DNA from: Octopus vulgaris
Lineage: Eukaryota
DNA length: 64,000 nt
Reading direction: 5' to 3'
NCBI GenBank assembly: GCA_951406725.2
Contig: OX597815.1
Coordinates: 165,602,001 to 165,666,000, forward strand
Shown: positions 26,200 through 39,574 of the stretch, piece after piece
Layout of the letters: every line of letters begins with the position of its first letter
How positions within the stretch are numbered: the first letter of the stretch is position 1
Notes under the pieces: model-generated
The model's input: only the letters and a program-made list of their open reading frames with translations
What the model was told of the DNA's origin: nothing
Database searches by the model: none
Made by a program: the position numbers and the translations under genes

Positions 26200-26979
26200 T
26201 TATGTGATAGACAGGGAGCGTGTTAACTGAAATTTCTGGCTACTGAACTGAGTGTCGTATAACTGAGTTTCATACGAAAATACAATAGGGAGCTTAACTG
26301 CTTCTATGACTAGTTTATGCGAGTATTGAGATAATCTATGCTGATTTCTTGATGCTATGTCGATTGTGATTTCTGTACACATTTTCTTTGTCGGACCTCA
26401 TATGTGTTGTTACTTAGCTCATTTTTTGATTTCCAACGTGGTATGTGTTTGTTATTGCTGACCACGACAGTCCTGTTGTAGTACAGATATGATCAAACGT
26501 GTTCTAGCCAAGAGCATCTGATCTATGAAATTTTCATTGCATATATAGGACAATATATATTGCATATAAAGAGTCTCGGATGAATTCTGTTTAGTTCCGC
26601 GTTAACACTGATCGAACAAACAAGTGAAAGTCATACATGTCTATACAAGATACACATGCATGACGGAGGTAGGGACGGCAAACAATCAGTCAGTCAATCA
26701 ATCTATCTATCCATCCACGTACATACCTACCTACCTACCTATCTACCTACATATCTACCTACCTACCTACCTACCTACCTACCTACCTACCTACTTACCT
26801 ACCTATCTATCTATATATCTATCTATCTATATGTTTATCGTTTTGTCTGTCTGTCTGTCTTTCTGTGCATCTGTCTGTTTGTCTGCCTGGCTGGCTCGTT
26901 GGCTTTTTTTTTTCACTCTAGTTTCAGCTCAGAGCTGCGGCCATGCTGATGCATCGCCGTTTAGAAGAAAATGTCTCTA

Positions 26980-27044
26980 TACCTCTGACGGGACTCGAAC
27001 CCGCAGTCCCCGGCTTTGGAGGCCGGTGCCTTATCCACTGGGCT
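26980..27044 (-). pseudogene. tRNA pseudogene, Arg(CCT)-like body with a CCA anticodon, 5' acceptor strand missing
   Basis: Reverse complement agcccagtggataaggca-ccggc-ctCCAaa-gccgg-ggact-gcggg-ttcgagt-cccgt-cagaggta, with a TTTT run just downstream. Confidence 0.75.
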
Positions 27045-27130
27045 TGTTGACTATCTCTCTGACAATCTATCTATATGTCTGTCTTTCTATCTATCTGTCT
27101 GTCTTTCTATCTATCTGTCTATCTTTCTTT

Positions 27131-27200
<70 letters not shown>

Positions 27201-27576
27201 GTTTATCCGTCTGTCTATCTCTCTAGGTATCTATCTATTTATCTATCTCTCAGTCTGACTGTCTGTCGCTTTGCACGTCCTTCCGTCTGCTTGCCTGTTC
27301 GAGCGTCTATCTACAATCTCTTAGGGCACGGCGACGGATATTTTAGCAGCCAACGTACAATCTTACAATATCTAGCTTTGGGTTCTTTGTAGAAATCTCT
27401 CGGAAGTCGACTTTGTCTTCTTGATTCCACGGTTGATGATTTAATCATTATTGGTGTACAGCGAATTGTGTTCTCTTCACTTCAAAGTTGATATTGCACT
27501 TAAGAAATAAATCAATACTTCAGAAAGCAATCAATCTATACTGTGTGTATATGTGTATATAAACATATACATGCAT

Positions 27577-27621
<45 letters not shown>

Positions 27622-27653
27622 CAGACATACATATATATACTCTCATATATATA

Positions 27654-27712
<59 letters not shown>

Positions 27713-27781
27713 GTATATATATATATAGGTATGTATGTGTGTGTGCGTATATGTGTATATGTATGTATGCATATATATATA

Positions 27782-27818
<37 letters not shown>

Positions 27819-27862
27819 CATACATGTATGTATGTATGTATGTATGTATGAATGTGTGTATG

Positions 27863-27898
<36 letters not shown>

Positions 27899-27968
27899 TG
27901 TGTGTGCGCGTGTGTGTGTGCATGTGTGAAAACACAATGTAAGCGTGGTATTGGTACTACAGAGTAGT

Positions 27969-28035
27969 GCTCTGATAAAGGAGAACTTAAACGTCTTCAT
28001 CCAGGCCTATGGTTCTCCCGAAACAGCTGTCAAGA
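27969..28035 (+). ncRNA. Degenerate hammerhead-like motif
   Basis: CTGATAA-a-ggagaac...gttctcc-c-GAAA-cagctGTC; palindrome ACAGCTGT; G8>A change and weak stem I. Confidence 0.45.
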
Positions 28036-28136
28036 TAAGACCATTACAAAGCTCCCTTTGTTTACTTTATTCCGTATTTTCTATTTTGTATTCCATGTAA
28101 ATATACGCATTAAGCCAACTTGTGTTTATCTGCCTT

Positions 28137-28235
<99 letters not shown>

Positions 28236-28293
28236 AGACATACACTCATATGCGCGCGCACACATACACACACACACATCATATATATATATA

Positions 28294-28628
28294 TATACAC
28301 GACAAGGTACAATTAATGTTTTTTCTTATATATTCCTTTATTCCTGCAAATTCGACTTACAACTGTTTCACCAGTAGCCATTATAAGTTCTATCATCGAA
28401 CTGTCTACTCAATCGGTCCATTGATCGGCTGAGAAGAATCGATTCGATCTTTAAAATATTTCCAACTTCGATTAAGATAACATCCAATTTTTATCAGTCG
28501 GTTAATGAACCAATTGAGTAAACAGCTCTTTGAACGAACCCATAATGACTATTGCAAACAGCTGTAAGTCGAATTTGCAAGACTAAAGGAATATGTAAAG
28601 ACCATTATTTGTACCTTGCCTTGTATAT
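28294..28628. repeat. Diverged fold-back (inverted repeat) element with ~140-bp arms
   Basis: caaggtacaa...tgcaaattcgacttaca versus tgtaagtcgaatttgca...ttgtaccttg. Confidence 0.8.
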
Positions 28629-29094
28629 CACTCTGTGTAAAAGATCACTTTAACTGGGACTGCGACCATGGATTTACAATATAGAATGGTGATGAACTAT
28701 AAACTCAGATCCTGCAATAAGCATACGCAGAGTTCCTTACTAATCTAAAAAGAATGTTTGTCTGATGTACTTGTATTAGCAGAAAGCTTATAAAGTATTT
28801 TGCATGGACTATTACCTCTCTCTCTCTTTCTCTCCCTCTCTCTCTTTCTCTCTCACATTACCCTCTCGCATTCTATACAATCTTGCCATTTTCACATACT
28901 GACTCACGCTTTCACTTCCTCATAATTTTCCATTAAGCATTTTGCCTTTTTTTGAAACAAGCCATAGAATGAAACACAAAATAGAGATGATACATACATG
29001 CATGCATGCATGCATGCATACATACATACATACATACATACATACATACATACATACATACATACATACATACATACATACATACATACATACA

Positions 29095-29442
29095 TCGTGG
29101 CACCCTGTCGGTTACGACGACGAGAGTTCCAGTTGATCCGATCAACGGAACAGCCTGCTCATGAGCACTCCACAGACACATCTACCCTTCAAGTAGTTCT
29201 CGGGGAGATTCAGTGTGACACAGAGTGTGACAAGGCTGGCCCTTTGAAATACAGGTACAACAGACACAGGAAGAAAGAGTTAGAGAAAGTAGTGGTGAAA
29301 GGGTACAGCAGACTCCGCCACCACCCGTTGCTGGAGCCTCGTGAAGCTTTGGGTGTTTTCGCTCAATAAACACTCACAACGTCTGGGAATAGAAACCGCG
29401 ATCCTACGACCGTGAGTCCGCTGCTCCTAACCACTGGGTCAT
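29095..29442 (-). mobile_element. OR1-like SINE inserted in (CATA)n
   Basis: Matches 62325-62700; (CATA)n on both sides. Confidence 0.8.
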
Positions 29443-29465
29443 ACATACATACATACATACATACA

Positions 29466-29496
<31 letters not shown>

Positions 29497-29682
29497 GAAT
29501 AGGTACATATGAATAGGTAGGTGAATAAACGCAAGAAAATAGAACTTATCTAATCGACTCCGAAAGGATGAAAGGCAAAGTCAAACCTCGGCGGAATTTG
29601 AACTCAGAACGTAGCGATGGGCGAAATACCGCTATGCATGCCGTCCAGCGTGCCAACGACCTTGCCAGCTCTCCGCCTTATT

Positions 29683-29757
<75 letters not shown>

Positions 29758-29759
<2 letters not shown>

Positions 29760-30023
29760 AAAGCCTAAATACAGAAACAATTCCTATCATGGTAGGCGCA
29801 TTACGTATGATAAAAAACACTCAGACAAATACATAACAAAAACACTAGGACTTACAAGTAAATATAGCATAGAGAAAATACCACTACTAGGCACCGAACA
29901 CATCCAACGTAAAACACTTTCAGTACAGTGGAAATAAGAGCATCACAACAAACCATAGCACATACCCAAAGCACAGAGCTGCGCTCGGTAGTGCAGTGAA
30001 ACCACGTGATAACAATAAGACTA

Positions 30024-30027
<4 letters not shown>
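29758..30027 (+). mobile_element. R4/Dong-type LINE 3' end within (AAT)n
   Basis: ETIPIMVGAL...EKIPLLGTEHIQRKTLS across a frameshift, similar to 39860-39990; (AAT)n on both sides. Confidence 0.75.
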
Positions 30028-30107
<80 letters not shown>

Positions 30108-30911
30108 ATAATAAGTAGAATCCATCGATTTCCCACTAATTTATGTTTCATAACCTAATGTAGCATTTTTAAAATTATTTTTTGTGTCATAAATATCTAC
30201 AAATGATGTAACTTCAAAGCCAGCTTTAAAAATCTAATGAGAATTTGGAGTTGAATTACCTGACAGATATTATTACTGAAAATGTGATTTGGTAATCAAC
30301 GTTCAAACACTCAAAGCTTTTACCGAATTCCACATGTCGTACAGACTTCAAATGACATACACGTCGCTTGTATTTATTTTCAGTTTGTGATAAATACAAT
30401 CAAAGTATGTAATTTCTACTTATGTCACTACTTGTGTTTGTGAAAAAAAAGGATGAATGACAAAGTGTATTATTTTTGTTATTATAAAATATAACTTCTG
30501 GTGGATCTATGGATGACGGTAACAGAATTTGTGTATGTGTGTAGGCACAAGCGTGGGTGCGTAAAGTAGCTTGCTTCCCAGTCACATGATTGCGGGTTCA
30601 GTCCCTCTGCTCGGTCTCTCAGTGCCTTCTACTATAGTCACGGGCCGACCAAAGCCTTGTGAGTGGATTTGGTAGACGGAAGCTGGAAGAAGCCCGTCGT
30701 ATTTGCATACTTATATATATAAAAGTAGATAAATGGTACAACAAGGCACCAGTATTTACTGGAAAATAGCAATCGATATAAATACGACGCTATTGTATAG
30801 CTTCACTGCGTATATACAAGCAAAGACGTGTGTGTGTGTGCAACAAATAGGAAAAAAATTTGTCTTGCCTCTAGGAAGAACATTCGATAAATGGACAACC
30901 TTGAATCGGAT

Positions 30912-30984
30912 AATGCAGGACCGGTTTCTAACTCTTCAAATACGTTTGAAAACGTAAATTTGATTAGTCTTCATCAGCTGCATT
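30912..30984 (-). ncRNA. Type I hammerhead ribozyme with intact core
   Basis: Reverse complement aatgcag-CTGATGA-a-[long hairpin]-GAAA-ccg-GTC-ctgcatt; perfect 7-bp stem I, palindrome ACCGGT, GUC triplet. Confidence 0.78.
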
Positions 30985-31065
30985 TACCTAGACAAAATTT
31001 CAAATGTTGCCACATCAATGCCAGTACACTCGTCTGAACGCCAAAACGTTAACAGAACGAGAACA

Positions 31066-31119
<54 letters not shown>

Positions 31120-31121
<2 letters not shown>

Positions 31122-31320
31122 CCGCGTGTGTACCGTTGGCGATTTCCTCCGTCTTCCCTTCTCTGGATCTTTCCTTTTCCTATGTTTCTGACGAAGAGCT
31201 CCGCTCGAAACTTATAACCCTCCTTCTTCCCTTTCTTCCTGAGCGTCCAATAATACTATATTTGTTCCACGTCCTCACGTTGTTGTGTTTTCTCTTTGTG
31301 TTTTCATATTTGGATTAACT
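31120..31320 (+). mobile_element. pLTR-like repeat in (TA)n with a hammerhead-like motif (31184-31218)
   Basis: gttt-CTGACGA-a-gagc(tcc)gctc-GAAA-c; stem III degenerate. Confidence 0.55.
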
Positions 31321-31771
31321 ATATATATATATATATATATATGTGCGTGTGTGTCTGTGTTTGTCTCCCCCGTCATCGCTTGACAAAATAAGTACCAGTC
31401 AAACACAGAGGTCAATGTTATCGAATTACCCCTCCCCCAATATTTCAGGTTTTGTGCCTATAATAGAAAGGATTATTATTATTATTATCAATTATTATAT
31501 TTATTATTCAGAATCGTAATACACTAGACAAAATGCTTCGTGGTATTACTCCCGGTTAACGTTCTGAGTTAAAATTCTGTCGAAGTCGACTTAACCGTCA
31601 TCCTTTCGAGATCGACACGGGGGGCGATGTAATCAAGTAGTCTCCTCCCACTTAGTGTCTGTAATAGAGAAATTATTATTATTATTACTATTACCATTAC
31701 TAATATTGTTGTTGACAATGAAGACGATAATGCTGTTGCTGCTGTTGTTGTTGTTGTTATTGATGTTGTTG

Positions 31772-32616
31772 CTAAACAACAAGACGGGTAAGGGGGATTA
31801 GGGGTGGGAGACCCCAGACCTTGAAAAAAGAACTTTGGTCGTCTTGTAGTCGAGGGCTCTTAGTTGACGCCCGACACCACTGGGAGGTGGCCCTCGAAGT
31901 CGCTGGAAATGGAGATCTCCAGGTCCTAATTCTTGAACAGCTGCTGCTGCTGCTGTTGTTGTTGTTGTTGTTAAGCAACAAGACGGGTAAGGGTAATTAG
32001 GTGGTGGTCTAGGGTTTAGGGGCGGGAGACCCCAGATCTTGATAAAAAAAAAACTTTGGTCATCTAGTTGTAGTCGAGGGCTCTTCGTTGACGCCCCGAC
32101 ACCACTGGGAAGTGGCCCTCGAAGTCGCTGGAAATGGAGATTTCCAGGTCCAAATTCTTGAACGGCCGCTGCTGTTGTTGTTGTTGTTTTTATTAAGCAA
32201 CAATACGGGTAAGGGTGATTAGGTGATGGTCTAGGGCTTAGGGCGGGAGACCCCAGACCTTGAGAAAAAAAACTTTGGTCATCTAGTTGTAGTCGAGGGC
32301 TCTTCGTTGACGCCCCGACACCACTGGAAGTGGCCCTCGAAGTCGCTGGAAATGGAGATTTCCAGGTCCAAATTCTTGAACGGCCGCTGCTGTTGTTGTT
32401 GTTTTTATTAAGCAACAACACGGGTAAGGGTGATTAGGTGATGGTCTAGGGCTTAGGGGCGGGTGACCCCAGACCTTGGGAAAAAAAAAACTTTGGCCGT
32501 CTTCTTGTAGTCGAGGGCTCTTCGGTGACGCCCGACACCACTGGGAGGTGGCCCTTGAAGTCGATGGAAATTGAGATCTCCAGGTTCAAATTCTTGAACG
32601 GCTGCTGCTGTTGTTG
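31772..32616. repeat. Tandem array of four ~200-220-bp structured units
   Basis: acgggtaaggg anchors near 31783, 31982, 32204 and 32419; units separated by (GCT)n(GTT)n. Confidence 0.92.
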
Positions 32617-33218
32617 AATATCGAAGAGAAAACTTTCATCTTTCGCAATTCTCAAATTTAAGATTAAATTAGTGCTATATACTTTCCGAATGCACTGTCT
32701 TTATTAACTATTTTGTTCGCGTGCTGACTTCAAAATGAAAACAACTGGTTATTTTTCATTTATTTTTGTTCCTTAAAATTTACCGAATTTGTTACTGTCA
32801 TTTTATTACATTTTGCTTTAAAAATTATTTAAAAATGCGGTGGATGTGGTAAAATGGTGGAAAACCTTAGTAATAGTAACAGCACACCACTATCATCAAC
32901 AGCATCAATCTTTATAATGCTTCTAAATTCTAAATTATTTTTGCTTCGAAAAATGTGTTTTAGAATTTAAATGAAAAAAATTACAATATGGCGTCATGAT
33001 TGTAGCTAAAGACGGAGAGGTAGTATGAGGAGGGTAAAGCTCGAACACCTCTATAATCGTTCACCACCACCACCGACAACAACAATAACAGCAATAACAG
33101 CAGCAGCATCAGTTTCAGCACCACCGTCGCATTTCACAGTCGCGCAGGTGAAAACTACTAGAATAAATCCGATTCCAATAACAGTAGTAACAATGGCGTA
33201 AACAATGCCACGGAAGAC

Positions 33219-33266
<48 letters not shown>

Positions 33267-34257
33267 TACCAACTTTTGCCAAAGAACTGAAAGATAGTAA
33301 AGACCTGCCGAAGAATCTGCACTGACCAGAACTGGTCGGGACTAAGTCATTTTGGCGGACAACACACAGGACTGACCTACGTCTACTTTCCTCTGAAAAG
33401 TAATCAAGGTTGCCCGAATACCCTTTATACTTTTACTCTTTTACTTGTTCCAGTCATTTGACAACGACCATGCTGGAGCACCGCCTTTAGTCGAGCAAAT
33501 CGACCCCAGGACTTATTCTTTGTAAGCCCAGTACTTATTCTATCGGACTCTTTTGCCGAACCACTCCTGCGCCTTGAAAAAGAAATTTTGAAAAGGCCAT
33601 GTCCAACGTATGAAAAGAAGTCTGCTTCGTCGGACGGGATAAGAATTTTGGAAGTGTAACCCATACTTTGGTTTCATCAGAATACTGTATGGAAAAAAAA
33701 CAAACAGAACGCAAGTATAGAATTTTGGAACATTGATGTTGGCATTCATGACTAATCGGGACTTTCGCGACACAATTATGGGAAGTTGTGAAAGCACAAC
33801 ACAACTGTGAAATATATGAGCTGGCGTCAGCATGTACCTACAAATATTAATGTCCCCGACGATCATGGGGTAAACTACGGGAGTTTGCCTGTTTGAGAAT
33901 TCAGTACTGAAATCGGTCATATTGGTGGTGCTGGTGAGAAAGATCAAGAACTGCGTAGAGCATAGAGAGAAAATTAAATCATAGAAGGACGTACTATTGG
34001 TAAAAACCACAGCAAGTCTGCCAAAATAATTCCTCCTAGTATAGGCACAAGTCCTGAAATTTTGGGAGAGGGGACAAGTCGATTACATCGAGTCCAGTGC
34101 TTAACTGCTACTTATTGTATCCACCCGATAAGATAAAAAGCAGAGTTAACTATGACGTAATTTGAACTCAAAGCGTGAAGACGGATGAAATGCCGCTAAG
34201 GATTTTGTCCGGCGTGCTAACGATGGACAAAATGCTTAACGGCATTTCTTCTAGTTT

Positions 34258-34491
34258 GAAGGCGGCGAGCTGGCAGAATCGTTAGCACGCCGGGCGAAAT
34301 GCGTAGCCGTATTTCGTCTGCCGTCACGCTCTGAGTTCAAATTCCGCCGAGGTCGACTTTGTCTTTCATCCTTTCGGGGTCGATTAAATAAGTACCAGTT
34401 ACGCACTGGGATCGATATAATCGACTTAATCCGTGTGTCTGTCCTTGTTTGTCTCCTCTGTGTTTAGCCCCTTGTAGGTAGTAAAGAAATA
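34258..34491 (+). mobile_element. Full-length tail-A SINE inserted in an older copy of the same family
   Basis: 17-bp TSD ggcatttcttcta(g/c)ttt; the host SINE continues on both sides. Confidence 0.9.
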
Positions 34492-35366
34492 GGCATTTCT
34501 TCTACTTTTATATTCTGAGTTCAAATGTCACTGAGGTTGACTTCTTTCATCATTTCGGGACCGATAAAATAAGTACCAGTTAAATACTGGGATCAATGTA
34601 ATTGACTAGCCTCCTCCCTATAAACTTGAGGCCTTGTGCCTATAATAGAAAGGGATATTATCACCGTTACAAAGGCGACTATCTGGCCAAATCGTTAGAT
34701 GTAATCGATTAACTGCCACCCATTCAATTTCAGGTCTTGTGCCCATAGCAGAAAGAGTTACTTTAGAAAGAGATAATTTAGGATGGTTTTACCTAATTTT
34801 AGGGTACTCTCTCTAAAAATGAAGTCAGTTTTGCTTCATCAAATCTCGATTTTGATTAACAAAATACTAACTTTACAGAAATGTAATATAGCATGTAATA
34901 CGTCAAATGTTCCTGTTTGTCATTTAAGAATGCCTTTGATTGCTCTTTTTGTGACAACCGTTAAATATAGAGCTGTAAAAGCTAATATAACATGTATTAG
35001 ATCATGTCTATTTTTAGAACACTTTGATTCGAATACATGTTTCGGATGTTATTGTAACTTGTATCAAAGTGGTAGTTGCTCCATTCACTGCAGACTGCTG
35101 TTTTTTTTTATATTTATCCACTTCAGTTTGCTTCAAGATGTGTATGTTGCAATGACCCAGGTCACTCTTGCTACGTCTGTGGGGAATATGCAATCAATGA
35201 CTGTTTGAGAAACATCACGCCACCCATACCAGCAAGCTACAAATAAATATTACTTCAAAATAAACTTGGAAACAACGATAAATATTTTGCTCCACATATT
35301 GTATGCAAGAGTTGCAGTGATTGGCTTTCCTTGTGATCCAGTGGCAAGTTAAAGCAAATTTTTTTA

Positions 35367-35528
35367 GGCGTAGGAGTGGCTGTGTGGTAAGTAGCTTGCT
35401 TACCAACCACATGGTTCCGGGTTCAGTCCCACTGCGTGGACTTTGGGCAAGTGTCTTCTACTATAGCCTCGGGCCGACAAAAGCCTTGTGAGTGGATTTG
35501 GTAGACGGAAACTGAAAGAAGCCCGTCG

Positions 35529-35571
<43 letters not shown>

Positions 35572-35835
35572 ATGTGTGTGTGTGTGTGTATGTGTGTGTG
35601 TGTGTGTGTGCGTATGTTTGTGTGTCTGTGTTTGTTCCCCCAGCATCGCTTGACAACCGATGCTGGTGTGCTTACGTCCTCGTAACTTAGCGGTTCGGCA
35701 AAAGAGACCGATAGAATAAGTACTAGGCTTACAAAGAATAAGTCCTGGGGTCGATTTGCTCGACTAAAAGCGGTGATCCAGCGGTGATCCAGCCACAGTC
35801 ACATAACTGAAACAAGTAAAAGAGTAAAAGAGTAA
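35367..35835 (+). mobile_element. CORE-SINE (OR2-like) with an internal (TA)/(TG) microsatellite
   Basis: Same family as 9667-10060; (AAGAGTA)n tail. Confidence 0.88.
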
Positions 35836-36699
35836 ATATCACTTTAGATGATACTAGTTAATTTTAGGGTACTCTATGAATCTGAAATCCGTTTTGCTCC
35901 ACCATATCTACAATTTAATCTACAATATATCTCATATATACCACATTTACAGAAAAAGTGTCTAATCTTGTAAACAATGTATGCAATTTATTATTAATGT
36001 ACTAAACTACAGTTAGTCCCTGTTGAATTAACAATATACATATACTCTGTGCACTGTATTAGTGAAGGCGGCGAACTAATAGAATCGTTGGCACATCGGA
36101 CAAAATGCTTCGCACCATTTCGTCCGTCTTGAGTTCAAATACTGTGGAGGTCGTCTTTACTTTTTATCTTTCGATGAAATGAGTACCAGTTGAGCACTGA
36201 GGTCGGTGTAATCGTCTAGCTTCCGCTTTAAAATTTCAGGTCTTGTGTCTATATAAGAAAGGATTATTGCTCTAATATTCGGATTAAATAATTGTTTCTA
36301 GCATTTAAATATATTCTCATTATTTTTTCTATAATAGTAATACTAATGATGATTTTCAATATCACTTTTCTGGAAAGTGGTAAAACAATGGCGATTAACT
36401 AAAAGAAGAAAATAAAAGTCAAGTAGTTTGCGACTAAACAGACATCCATACCGTGCCTACTCGATGAGGAGGGTGATATTGTATGGTATTTTAGGGATTT
36501 TCTTTCTATATTTGGACACGTTACAGGACAAAAAACAAAATCTGGGGAAGAGCAGATGAACTCAGCCAATATCATCCAAATTGAATCATTTGCTTGTACA
36601 TGATAATGTAAAACGTCAAACCACAATCATATTCACAAGATGACAGGATTTGCTATCTGTACTATTGCATCATGGTCGAGTTAATGCATCTTATCAGCG

Positions 36700-39574
36700 A
36701 AGGATAAAGTGTTGGTTTAGCAACCAGCACAGTATAACTTGTCTCAGCTAAGGGTAGACAGGTTTTTTTAAATCTTGTCTATATCCTGTCTTGAGATGAA
36801 GTTCTAATGAATCCACTGACCGTAGGCGACGTCGCATCTTTCCCCAAGGAGGAAGGGCCTCTTTAGCTATGATTAGCAATCCTCATAGATATGGTGTCTA
36901 GGGAAAAGATACCTATAGCAGAGAAACCTTAAAATCTCTAGGTGCATTATGTCAAACTGAAATTCAATAAGAAAAGATGTGATTAAGCCGGGAACTCCTC
37001 ACGAGGGTTTGTCGCCCGATAGTGTGTTCTGAGGAGAAGTAGCACATATCTGATCGTTATCTTCTTGGTGTTGTGTAAAAAAGTTAAGTGGAATAAGGTA
37101 ATCAAGACGATAGTAATAGAATGATATCTTAGAAGTGAACGACGGAAGCGAAGATTCTGGTAAAGAATGCTGAACATTTGGAATGTTATGGGAGTATTTA
37201 AGTTCAGTGAACAACAGCTATCAGGCAAGTATTGTATATTAGGGATAAAAAACCTCTCTGACATAAAAATTGAAGAAATACAGAAAAAAAATCAACCCCA
37301 AATAACAAGGACCAACATATCAAAATTTTGCTGGATTACAATTACCCCCAGAGAATCAGGAGAATGCAGCTATTTCAGTCAATCAAGAGAATGCAACGCT
37401 AAGAATTGAAATGAAAGCAAGAAGAAGCGTATAAAAAGAAAAGGAATTTGATGTGGATAGCCATGATGAAAATTAACTAGAGATCCCTGGAAAACTGAAG
37501 CAGAAACTGAGAGAACTACGATGAATTAATTTGAAGGCAGTGAATCGGACCAAGATTAAGAAAAAAGCCATGAAAAGTAAACGGTGTGGTTAATACGATC
37601 GCCTGTAAAAACATTAAAGATACCAACATATTATTGTTAACAAATGCTAATATATTTTTGAAGCATTGTTGGGGTAAAAGAAAGGTCCAAAAAAGGACCA
37701 GTAAGTAACCTGATAAATATGGCAGGTGTCAATAAAGATTAGCTGCCTTAGGAAAGATATAAGTGAGCTGGATTAGATGAAGCATGGTAAACGAGCTAAA
37801 GAAAGTATTAGAGAAAGGTAGATTAGACGAAATGTATCATGTAAGGGGAAATGGATTTGGGACATTGATTGAAAAACTAAAACAGAGAGAAAAGGGAAAA
37901 GCTGCCAAAATCAGAAAACGTTAAGAAAGCAATAGCCAATGTATGCCAAATTGCCTTTTTAAATCAATCAATCCAGAAACGCATATTTCATATTCTTGAA
38001 GGAATTGAGAAGAATGATAGCATAAGATCAAATGCTAAAGAAAACATATTACTTAAGGTTAGAAATCTGAAAAAAATGCTAAGCAACAGTGGATATAAAA
38101 AAGTGAAAAATTTCACTGAAAATGTTGAGGCTCAGAAAGATGTTGCCATCACAAAATGAAAATATCCGAAAGCAATTTTAAAAACGGCAGGAAAGTGGAA
38201 AATTAATGATTGAAAAGGTTTATGGATCTTCATGAAACTAGTGATGTGACTAAATGGGTGCATGCAAAAAGAGGGGGGAATCACTGCAGTTAATAAAAAG
38301 AAGAACCTGCCAAATAGTGAAAGGTAAACTGAAAGTAACGTTGCCTCAAATTACATTCTACTACTCGGGTGGAAACCCCCCAACAGGAATAATTACAGAA
38401 GAGGTAGGCCAACACCTATATAAGAAACACTTAATGCCTGATGAACAGAAATGTTAGAGGAAACGATCAGGTGTGCGAAAGACCAGTTATTGATTGACAG
38501 GTTCGAATGTATCAAAAGAAAAAAAAATGGTATGACCGATCTTGATTATTAGGGCCACCTTAAAACATTGAATTTTTATTCTCTCCAGCGCCACAGTGAG
38601 CGCTACATCCTTTGTACAATGTGGAGAATGTCTCACCAACATAGCCCAAATGATCTTAACATCAGATTCCGAATATATCCAATGCAGGGACCATGTACCA
38701 TGCGCTCTATACACAATTCAGGCTCATAACACAAATTTATTGCAACACAATTTCTTTTCCTTTACAGGTCCTGCTCTATTTAGCATTGTTCCGAAACAAA
38801 TCAAAAAAGAAAAAAATCCTGTCACCTTCAAACGAAACCTGGACAAATTTCTTCAAGGGATATTAAATAAGCCACTTTTATCTGGATACATCTCAGTCAA
38901 TATCAACTCCCTACTTGAATGGGTCATGAAACCACAAAACTTGACTTTAAAATGACTTAACGGATCTTAGGTGGTATCATTAAGTTAGACATGACCTGGG
39001 CTAAATCTTTGGCCGAAACACATTTAAATTATCTAAAGTTATGTATCTCGAGGCTCGATTATACTAAAAGGCATGATTTTTAGTCAATACACTTTTGTAT
39101 CAAGCAGTGCCTGGAAATGTTTCAAATCTCAAAAAAGGTTAATTACCAGCTAGAAAATGCAAATACAACATTGGAGAGTAGGACTAACAGCTAGATGGGA
39201 GAGATTAGTAGATCAGAAGACGAATTTTGCAATAAAACACCCGTCTCTCACTCACTCACTCACTCACCCGCTCACTCACTCACCCACTCACTCACTCCCT
39301 CACTCTTTCCTATGTTGTTTGTAATCGCAGTGATTCCTTTGTTGATTATATTAAACAAAGCTAAGGAAGGCTGCTTACTCGGTATCTATATATGATTTAA
39401 AGCTTTATGGCAAAGACAAGAATGAACTAGATGTCTTAGTGCAAACCATGATAATATATAATAGCGACATTGGGATGATATCCAGAATCAAGAAATGTGC
39501 TATACTAGAGATGAAACAAGGATTACATACGATGAATAATTAAACCGAGCACAACATTAATACGGTGTAGAGAC

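Noticed and set aside
31798-32421. 207-aa repetitive ORF, and a superficial CRISPR-like periodicity
   Set aside because: It is a translation of the tandem array and the frame is not kept across units. The units repeat in full with no unique spacers, and there are no cas genes.
36690-36960. Possible HDV-like ribozyme in the Dong 5' region
   Set aside because: Only isolated hairpins were visible; I could not assemble the nested double pseudoknot by eye.
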